Part shown: positions 1 through 50,385 of the stretch, in pieces
How the letters are laid out: the number at the start of each line of letters is the position of its first letter
How positions within the stretch are numbered: position 1 is the stretch's first letter
Assembly (NCBI RefSeq): GCF_009914755.1
Contig: NC_060940.1
Length of the DNA stretch: 64,000 nt
Strand: one strand, 5' to 3'
Origin: the human T2T-CHM13v2.0 reference genome, Homo sapiens
The notes under the pieces: model-generated
Databases searched by the model: none
What the model was told of the DNA's origin: nothing
The model's input: only the letters and a program-made list of their open reading frames with translations
Made by a program: the position numbers and the translations under genes

Positions 1-39
1 CGCATCACGCACCCTGGGCTGCCAGGACAGGCTCAGGCC

Positions 40-329
40 ACCCGAGACCGTGAACTGGAATAAACAGGAAAATAACAATCTTACATGTTTTTCTTAATCT
101 TTCTTAAAAGTATGTATAGCTCACATTCATTTCAATGTTCAATAGGAGAAGTGTGTTGGTCTTTATTTAGAAGTTTGGTGATGTTTTTCTGACCAGAAAT
201 ATGCCGTAAGAATTTAACTCTTGTTAATATCAATAAACCTATGGTAAAACTGGTTTTGTTATGTGTTGTTTCGCTTAAAGTCACAGTTTCCAATAACCTG
301 TTAATGACGTTAGGTGAGGACTTACTGTG
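40..329. mobile_element. MER44-like (TcMar-Tigger) DNA transposon fragment
   Basis: Terminal gacgttaggtgaggacttactgt resembles the MER44/Tigger7 TIR. Confidence 0.65.
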
Positions 330-1056
330 CCTGAGATGGGCACTGGTGTGACAGACACCATTAGGAGCACCTAACAGGGAGGGCGAGCTCACCCCCTGAG
401 TTTGAACCCTGACTCCATCACTATTAGCGGGGGCCCTGGACCCACCTCTGGGATATATAACCTGAGGTTTCCTTCTGTAAGCCCGGGGTTTCTTCCTCTG
501 TAAAACAGGGAGAAGAATCAGGCCTCCTTCACCAGGTCATCACAAGGATAAGTGAGATAGTACCTGTTAAGCCTGTAGTACAGCACCAGGCCTATAGGAC
601 CAGCAACCCCGGTTGCAGAGTTGGGGAGAGGAGGGCGGGGCAGATATTTGCTGGCAGCATCACTCACAAAGCCTGAGAGATGACCCAGATGAGCGAAGGC
701 TTCCCCGTCTGCACTTCGTCCAGGGAGGTTCAGCAGTGCGAGGGGAGACTCCAGGCCAGCACTCTGCTTTAATCTATCAAGCTTGTCACTGCTGCGGAAG
801 CCAGACAGAACCACTTATCAAGAGTCATTCTGGGGCCCCACAAATAATTCCCCAACCCCTGCCACGAGCTTAGGGAAGACACAGGTGAGGCAGACAAGGT
901 CTGTGCCCTCTGGGAATCTTATCTCAAAGCTGAGACAAGATAAAAACAAAGATAATAGGAGACTCACTGTCGCAAGGGGATATGTTGGTCTGTTTACAGA
1001 GGGCCAGCTCTGCTCCTGTTCTCCACGGGAAATGTTAGCCACATGCAGGAAAATAG

Positions 1057-4015
<2,959 letters not shown>

Positions 4016-4441
4016 TTAATCTAATCAGAGTAATCTAATCTTAACTAGATTTAGGGAGCTAGCCTAATTATTGTTTCTTTGAAAGGAACTACATTTTTCT
4101 GTCTGAATGTTTATAAGATGCTTTGCTGGCAGTCGGTTCGTGGAGGGGGGGAGAGAAGGAAACTCAGGAAAACATAAATGAATTAATCATAATCCTAATG
4201 TCGTAACACCTCATCATCATTGCCCTAGGCATGACTCTCTGTTAGTTTAATTATTTTTTCTTTATTTATTTATAGTAAAATAATGAACACTTGTGAACTC
4301 ACTCACTCACCCAAGAACAACATCATTACCAACAACTCACATCTCTGGGAGGGGACATGGAGGGATCGGATGGTTTCCTCCTATCTCATCTTTCCATCTC
4401 AGAGGTAATCACCATCCTGAATTTTGTTTGTTTGGTGGGGG

Positions 4442-8168
<3,727 letters not shown>

Positions 8169-8479
8169 TGAATTATTATACTTTTAATCCAAAAAACACA
8201 GTTGACTATTTGGAGAAAAAAAAATGTTAATCCATGAGAAAACAGAAGACTTATGAAATGACAGGTGCTGAGACATTTGGATATCCATATGTGGAAAGTA
8301 AAATGAAACAGAACCCGCAGTTCATGCCATAAACAAAACTGAACTCAGCTAGACAAAAGAATTAAATATGAATGGTAAACTTAAAAGCTTTTAGAATAGA
8401 CTAAATGCACTGCCTATAAAGGAACATCTTTCAAATTTGACATTATACTTAAACATTTCTATTCATCAAAGTATATCTA

Positions 8480-9960
8480 AACTAACAACTAAAAAATTAA
8501 AAAGGAATGATGGACTTAGAAAAATCACTATTTTGCAACTGCCGTAGTAATCATTGTTCAGGTAGGACTCTTCAATGAATGCTAGACTAATGAGTGAAAA
8601 GTTGATGAGGAACAAGGTCTTCAAATAGTCTCAAAGTATCTCCCCACAAATTACTTATTAATTACAAAGGGGTAATATCTGTAGAGTGGATAAAACCAGC
8701 AAAACAACCTTATTTAAAAATCAAAAATAGGTTGGGTGTGGTGGCTCATGCCTCATGCAAATGTAATGATCTAATTGCAATTCGTGGTCCAGAATTGGAT
8801 CAAAGGCCAGAAAAAAAAGAGATAAATTACATTAGTGGGTGGCAAAATTCAAATCTGAACTGTGGATTGGATAATAGTTCTGTATCAATGTTACATCTCT
8901 GAATTTTGGTAAATGTAATGTAGTAAATAAATAAGTAATGTAATAAATAAATGTAATGTGTGAGAGAAAATGTCTTTGTTCTCAAAATCCCAAGCTTTGA
9001 GAGGCCTAGGCAGGAGGATTGCATGAGTCTAAGAGTTTGAGGTTACAGTGAACTACAATTGTACCAGCCTGGGCAACAAAAGGAGACTCTGTCTCTGAAA
9101 AGAAAAAAATAAATAAAAATAACATCATCAATAATAAGTAGCCATCACGGACTCCCTGCTGCAATGATTCCCTGAGTAGGACACATCAATTCTGTGGTTT
9201 TTCTGCCAGGTATTCAAACCCTAAATCCAACTATGAGGAAACATTAAACCAAATCAAGAGACATAAATATACATGAATTATCCCGTACTCTTCAAAAATA
9301 TCAAAAGACTACCGAGTGCAGTGGCTCATGCCTGTAATCCCAACACTGTGGGAGGCTGAAAAGGGAGGATTGCTTGAAGCCAAGGGTTCAAGACCAGTCT
9401 GGGCAACACAGCGAGACTCTTTGTCTCTACAAAGAAATTAAAAATTAGCCAGGCGTGGTGGCACATGCCTTAGTCCCAGCTACTCGGGAGGCTAAGGAAG
9501 AAGGATCACTTGAGCCAGGGAGTTTGAGGCTGCAGTGGTCATGCCACTGCACTCCAGCCTCAGTGACAGAGCAAGCCCCTGTCTCAGGAAAAAAAAAAAA
9601 AAATTCAGAAGACAGAGGCTAACAAAATGTTTCAGACTAAGGGAGATTTGAGAGACATGGCAATTAATTGCAATGTGTGATCCAGGAATGGCTCAAAGAC
9701 CAGGAAAAAAAAAAGAGATAAATTACATTAGTGGGTGGCAAAATTCGAATCGGAACTGTGGATTGGGTAATAGTTCTGTATCAATGTTACACCTCTGGAT
9801 TTTGATAAGTGTAATGTGTAAGATAAATGCCTTTGTTCTCAAGAAATATACATGGATTTTTTTAGGGATAAAGAGGCGTCGTGTCTGCAAAATCCTTTCA
9901 GAGAGATCCAGATATACCTATATGAAGAAGAGCAGGGGACAAATGGTTAACTAAAAAAAA
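8480..9960 (+). mobile_element. L1MC4/5-like 3' fragments interrupted by Alus (8730-9118, 9310-9603)
   Basis: gtctcaaagtatctccccacaaattacttattaattacaaagggg and tgtatcaatgtta... are typical L1MC 3'-end motifs. Confidence 0.6.
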
Positions 9961-10406
9961 AAATGGGGCCAGGCACGGTGGCTCACGCCTATAATCCCAA
10001 CACTTTGGGAGGCCAAGGGGTGGGGGGAGGGCAGATCACTTGAGGTTAGGAGTTTGAGACCAGCCTGGTCAACATGGCAAAATCTCTTTTCTACTAAAAA
10101 TACAAAAAATTAGCTGGACATGGTGGCTCATACCTGTAGTCCCAGCTGCTTGGAAGGCTGAGACATGAGAAATCGCTTGAACCTGGGAGTCGGAGGTTGC
10201 AGTGAACCGAGATGGCGCCTTTGCACTCCAGCCTAGGTGACAGAGTGAGTCTCCGTCTCAAAAACAAACAAAAAAAGGACTGGGACAAGACGGGGCACGG
10301 TGGCTCATGGCTGTAAACCCAGCACTTTTGGAGGCTGATGGGGGAGGATCACTTGAGCCCAGGAGTTTGAAACCAGCCTGGGCTGCATAGTGAGATCCCA
10401 TCTCTA

Positions 10407-10439
<33 letters not shown>

Positions 10440-10709
10440 ACCTGGGTGTGGTGGCTGGAGCCTGTAGTCCCAGCTACTCGAGAGGCTGAAGTGGGAGGAT
10501 TGCTTGAGCCCAGGAGGTCAAGACTGCACTGAGCTATGATAGTGCCATTGCACTCCAGCTGGGGTGACAGAGCAAGATTTTGCCTCTAAAAAAAAAAAAA
10601 AAAGGAAAAAAAAACCAAAATGGGAAAAAAAGGTAAACAATTGCTGAATCTGAGTAAAGGGTACATAGAGGTTTCTTATGTTCTTGCTGCTTATCCATAA
10701 GTGTGAACT

Positions 10710-11985
<1,276 letters not shown>

Positions 11986-12010
11986 ATGTACCGACAAAAA
12001 ATAAACATTA

Positions 12011-12319
<309 letters not shown>

Positions 12320-12794
12320 TTATTTATTTATTTATTTATTTTTTGATACAGGGTCTCACTCTGTCACCCAGGCTGGAGTGCAGTGGCACAATCACAGCTC
12401 ATTGTAGCCTCAACCTCCCAGGCTCAAGCAATCCTCCCACCTCAGTCTTCTGAGTAGCTGGTACCATAGGCATGCGACACCATGCCTGATTAAGTTATTA
12501 ATTTTTTGTAGAGATGGGTTTTCGCCATATTGCCCAGGCTGGTCTCAAACTCCTGGGCTCAAGTGATACTCCCACCTTGGCCTCCCAAAGTGCTAAGATT
12601 ACAGGTGTGAGCCACCACTCATGGACTCTTTATTAACAATATACTTCACAATGAAAAAGGGAATACAATGATCTTCATTCTATATTATACCCTATATACC
12701 AAAAAAAATCAGATTGATTATGGAGTTTAAAATCATGAAGCTATATATAAACTGGAAGGAAATATAGCAAAAAAATATCTAAGGTGAGTGCTGA

Positions 12795-13090
<296 letters not shown>

Positions 13091-13202
13091 TAAATAAAAT
13101 AGAAAGGCAACATAAAAGCAATCAACTCTCTGGAGAAAATACAGTGTGATGTAAGGGATGTATCTACCTTCTGTGAATTGGACTGACAACACAGAGGCTT
13201 AG

Positions 13203-13514
<312 letters not shown>

Positions 13515-13899
13515 TAGTGCATTTTTAAGATTACATTCAATATACAAGCATAGAACAGCTTCCGTGGGACCAGGCACAAGCTCAGTCCTGTAACCCCAGC
13601 ACTTTGGGAGGCCAAGGCGGGAGGACTGCTTGAGGCCGTGAGTTTGAGACCAGGGTGGGTAGCATAGTGAGGCTCTGACACTACTGAAAAAACTAAAAAT
13701 TAGCTGAGCATGTTGGCACAAGCCTATAGTCCCAGCTACTCAGGAGCCTGAAGCAGGAGGATTACTTGATCCCAGGAGTTCAAAGTTACAGTGAACTGTG
13801 ATTGCACCACTGCACTCCAGCCTGGGTGACAGAGCAAGACCCGGACTCCAAAATAATACTACTAATAATTAAACAAACAAAAAGAGAACAGCCTCCATG

Positions 13900-14470
13900 A
13901 AATAGATCTCATTCCGACTTCCTGAGCTTGAGTAGTTCACTACAGACAGCAGGCAGGCAGAGCTCCTTGGATCTCCCAATTCCGCTTGCTGGAACTGAAT
14001 TTTGACATAAGAAAATAAGTTAAGGGGTTTACTAACTGTCTATGGTCAATGGTATGAGGCTATACTGGGTTTGAGAATGACAAAGGTTTGAAATCCTGGG
14101 ACATGGGAGCTCCAGAATTGTTACATTATGAGAAGCTTAGACAGGAATGCTTCATTCACTGTAGGATAGTACAAAAGGCTTTTTCAGGGCTTACAAAAAT
14201 ATTGGTAGGGAGAGAAGCGTCAGGGAGACCAGCTCCATATTACCCAAAGAAAACGGCAAAATTTACAATTCAGCTCACTGAAGAAAAAAGAAAATAAAAA
14301 GTTTTTTTTTTAAAAAAAGAAAACTGCAAAATGAAGATTAGTAAAGGAATTCAGTGAAATGGACCAAATGTAGCATTGTGTCAATTAGTCAGGCAACTCA
14401 AGTCATAGGCTTATTGCAGGTGGTGAATGCATTTTGACCTGTTTGATGTGATATGAAGTGAGGCCTCTGT
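13900..14470. mobile_element. Ancient Tigger (Tigger15a-like) relic
   Basis: tagcattgtgtcaattagtcaggcaactc...gacctgtttgatgtgatatgaagtg resembles the remembered consensus. Confidence 0.45.
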
Positions 14471-15004
14471 AAGTGAGAATATCAAGGTTGAACAAAGTTT
14501 TTGGCAGATGAGAACGGTTGGACCAATAGACAACATTCTTTCCAAGGACATCCCCCCCTGCAGATTAGGTTATGATCCACTCTGTCATATCCTGAGGGTG
14601 TGGCCCACTTTGAGATCCCATGATGCACCACGCTGATTAAATTAGGCATTCAGTATATAAAGGGGTCGGCCACAGACGGGCAAAAGGAACAGATTCACCG
14701 CTTCGGAGTGAATTCCATGACGGCTTGCAATTTTCTCGTCGAGTTTTTCTTTCACTAGAGATAGCCCTCGCCCTTTCATTCACACAGAGGCTTTTAAGAA
14801 AAAAGCAACCAACCTGAAGAGGACCTGGCAGCAATAAGTTTTTGGTGAAATAACAAAGAGGTAAAAGTGGAAGAAACTTGTTATATATGAAAAGTACTGA
14901 TGTGTGTGGTTGAGTTAAATTGTAATGGTATCTCTAGAGCTGCCCTTGACTACGGCCAAAATTTTATTGCCACGACATCTCTATGGATCACGTAAAAATG
15001 TATC

Positions 15005-15260
15005 CAGTTATTCAGCACGTATTTATTGAGCACCTACTATGTTCTAAGAGCTGAGGATACAGCAAAAACAAATATAAAGATAAGATTCCTATTGTCAGCC
15101 GAAGGTAGGGGTTGGGGGAGATAGATAATTAAAAAGTAAATGTGTAACTGTCAACTATCTGCAAGTGCTAGGAAGAAAAGACTAAAGGGATAGAGAAAGA
15201 TCGCCATCTTATTTTAAAAAGATGGCCTTAGGAAGGCTTTTCTGGCAGGATGGTGATTAA
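15005..15260 (-). mobile_element. L2 3' fragment
   Basis: ttcagcacgtatttattgagcacctactatg...ctgaggatacagca. Confidence 0.7.
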
Positions 15261-16179
15261 TTTTAAATCAAGTTCAGTAAGAATTTGGAGTGTGCTTGCA
15301 GGAAGTCCCTGGGAAACTCTGCTACTTCTCGGCTATAGGATCTTATTCTCAGTTGCCTAAATTCACTGAGCCTAGCCTGTAAAATTCAGAGAGGATGAGG
15401 AACATGGATTGTAAACGATAATAACTATCGTTTATGAATGTAATTTTATTATATTATGATTTTTTCTGAATGTAATAACGTCCCCATGCCCAAAGGAAAA
15501 AAAAAATTCCAATCTACTGAGGGGGTTCTTGTCACTGTTCCTGGCATTTGCGCTTAGGAATGGAATCGGGACCCTGCCACTGAGCAGGCATCCCCTTCTG
15601 CAAATTCAGAAAGTACATGATTGCTAGCTTCAGTTCCATCATCTATAAATCGGAAATAATGTCATGTTGACCACGTAGGGTTTTTGTTGTTAAATTGACA
15701 TTTATTGAGCTACAGCTATTAATATTTCGGTGCATTGAGCCACGTCAATGCACCGGCATGGTCTTAGACTATGGATTTATGTGCATTTATTTAATCCAAG
15801 TAAACCAAGTACTATTTTTAATGGCATTTTACAGCCAAGGAGACCCAGGCACAGAGGGGTTAAATCTAGAGCCCCCACAGCCAGGGATCCAACCCAGACA
15901 ACGTGGCTGCTGAGCCTGGCAATGTTGTTATGCGATCAGCCCTGTGCCTAGCACATAGTAAGAGCTCAATAAATCTGTATGGTGCTGGTGGCTGTTATCA
16001 GTTCTTGGCAGCGGCTGCTCCACGATTTCCACTTGTCAAGAGTATAGGGTAGCCAGTTTATTGGAAGCAGCAGCTAGGGAGCGCTTGCATAGCAACCATA
16101 GTTTTCTGCGTAGCAACCATAATGCTCACTTAAATTGGGAGGCTTAGAGGAGCTGACGGGGCCTGTGGGGAAGGGGGAG

Positions 16180-17400
16180 TTAGCCGGCCACCCCTAGGCA
16201 AGCCACTTTGCAGTGGAAACTGCACGCAGCCCCTGCAAGGCGAGCTCTCCCCACCGAGCCTCCCTGTGAGCCGGTCCTCCTGACGCGCAACCCCCCTCCC
16301 TTTTGAAGCAGATGGTTCTTCCCGTTGTCCCTGCTCTTTCAGTTTCCGCGCTTTGGAGTCACAAAGCGCGGGGTCACGTGGGCGGGCCGTGCGCTTTGTG
16401 ACGTCAGCCGCCCCGCCTCTCGGCCCGCCTATCCGCGCACGCCAGCCCCGCCTCGCGCGCGCCGCCCGTGCAATCCCTGCTTAAGAGACCCCGCAGTGGG
16501 GCGCTCGTCCGAAGCCAGGCCGCGTCCGCCATAGTGCCTGGCTTGGAGGTGTCGCCGCCGCTCGGTGAGAGCCCCCGAGCGGCAGGGGGCCAACACAAAA
16601 AGGGAGCCGGAGAAGCCCTAGCCGCTGCCCAGCAGCTTGCGGGCGTGTTCTCGCGGTTCCGGGCCTCAAGGCGACGGAAACGAAAGGCGAGCGAAGCGCG
16701 GAGGATCCGGCGAGAAGAAGCGTCAGGGAGCCTCGGCGGTGTCCCCGGGGTCCGCCGAAGCCACCCGGCCGCCGGCTGGGGCCCGGGGTGGTGAGGAAGT
16801 GCTCCGAGGCCTCGCCGAGGCCTAGCGCCGGCTTTGTGTCCGAGGCGGCGGCGGCGGCGGGGGGAGGCGGAGCCGGGGGCGGCCTGCGGGAAGGCCTCTC
16901 CTCCGCCGACCGCGCGTTTTCGGCCTAGGCCGTGGGGCCGCTCGTGGCCTCCGGGGAGCAGGCGCCAGGGGTTTGTGTGCGGTGGGGGCCTGGGCCTGGG
17001 CCTGGGGAAGCTGACGCCGGTCGTCCGGAAGCCAGGAGGAGGCGTGAGGCCGCTCGTGGACTCCGGGCCTAGGCCCTCTCCCCTCAACCTTCTCCCGGGG
17101 CCTGGGTCACCCCAATCCACGGAGAGAGAGACCCGCCGGGAGGTGCGGCCGCGCTATGGACCCCTGACCCCGTGGGGTCGCTCGGACTCTTAACGTGTGG
17201 ACTGACCGCTACTGACTGCACCGCCAATCCCCCCGTCTCTGCCGGCCCCTTAGCATGAGCGAGGGGGACCCAGCCGGGTGACATTGTGCCCGTTGGCGGA
17301 TTCTCGATTTCCCCTCTTCCCCGTCCTCGTCCTCCTCCTCCCCCATGAAGTGATTCTGAGTATCGGGGGGTCTCTGGATTATTGTTCTGACGAACCCCTG
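16180..17400 (+). promoter_or_regulatory. CpG island: RBBP6 promoter and long GC-rich 5' UTR (TSS probably near 16500)
   Basis: Dense CpG directly upstream of the ATG; GC boxes; YY1-like CCGCCATAGT at ~16526. Confidence 0.9.
16373..16406. promoter_or_regulatory. E-box (GTCACGTGG, USF/MiT type), GC box and full CRE (TGACGTCA)
   Basis: CACGTG 16375-16380, GGGCGG ~16380-16385, TGACGTCA 16399-16406 clustered at the island's 5' edge. Confidence 0.7.
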
Positions 17401-17553
17401 CTTGTGGTTGGGGGGTATTTAATCTGAGGCCTTAGGGTCCTTCGGTGTCTTTGAGTGTTTTGTGTGTACATATTTTGCTCTTAAAGTTTATAAATATACG
17501 TATATTGAGAGTGTCCACGTCTCCTCGCTGAACCTTAGGAATCCCTTGGCACC

Positions 17554-49372
<31,819 letters not shown>

Positions 49373-49790
49373 AAAGACAGATTTTTTAAATTGACTTAAT
49401 TACTAAGTCATCTGTATTAAATTTTGTTATAATGTAAAGAGATTCAAGCCTTGTAAATAATGACATGGAAGACCCTGTGCTGCACTTAAAATATTGCTGC
49501 TTGATTATTTGATTTTTACATCAGAGCTTTATAACACGAACTTTTGTACAGAATTGTGAGTTGTGACCATGTAACATGAGAGGTTTTGCTAGGGCCTATT
49601 ATTTTTAACCACCATTAATTAGTTGGGGTGGAGTTTACTGTAATGTGAAATTTTCACATTTGAATTTTTTAATTGCCTGGCAAAAGCTGATATAAGTTCT
49701 AAAATATCAGCAGAATGATTTGCTGAATTCATTACAACCCTGTTATGTCACTTTTTGATTACAATAAAAGTTTTCAGTAAACTTTTCAAA
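49373..49790 (+). other. RBBP6: RBBP6 3' UTR of the full-length isoforms (end approximate)
   Basis: AU-rich with several TGTA motifs; ends shortly after AATAAA 49763. Confidence 0.8.
49763..49768 (+). terminator. Distal poly(A) signal AATAAA
   Basis: First AATAAA after the stop codon; T/GT-rich sequence downstream (tgttgagtatttgc). Confidence 0.85.
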
Positions 49791-50385
49791 TGTTGAGTAT
49801 TTGCATTATTTACAGAAAGTAGTGCCATATCTGTATACTTAACCCACCAGATGCAGGTTGTATGTGTGTCTCCATTTTCCTATTTTAAAATTCTTAGTTT
49901 TTAATACAAGCTGAACTGAATATACAGAATTCTAAATTAAACATGGAAGATACATTTCATAGGTGGGCAGGTGGTAGAGGCCAGAAATGAATCAGGATTA
50001 ATTGGAGATGTGGTTAAATAAATCTAGGAGAGTCTTGAATTACATAGAAATTCGAAGTTTGAACTTTCAAAATGGTTTGGATTTGAATATTAGAGATGCA
50101 GAATTGTGACTCGTTTATGGCCACGTATTTTTCTGGAAACCCTGATAAATAAGTATTAAATTCCTTGATAAAGGAGAATGCAGCTAAACCAGTGAGTGCT
50201 TGTGGCCTACCCAATCTGCCCAGTTGACAAGCAAGCGGTCATTACTTACGATGAGTTTCCTTTATTGCTGTGGTTCGGGAAGTGTACCTGGGGACAGTGA
50301 AAAGGTACTGAAAGGATGTGGGGAATGAGGGAGAGTAGGAATGGCACTTTAGAAACATAGTGGTATAAGTAGGGATTGAGATAAT

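Noticed and set aside
16325-17284. ORFs up to 238 aa on both strands of the CpG island
   Set aside because: Expected from stop-codon scarcity in GC-rich DNA; mostly non-ATG starts, low complexity, no recognisable domain
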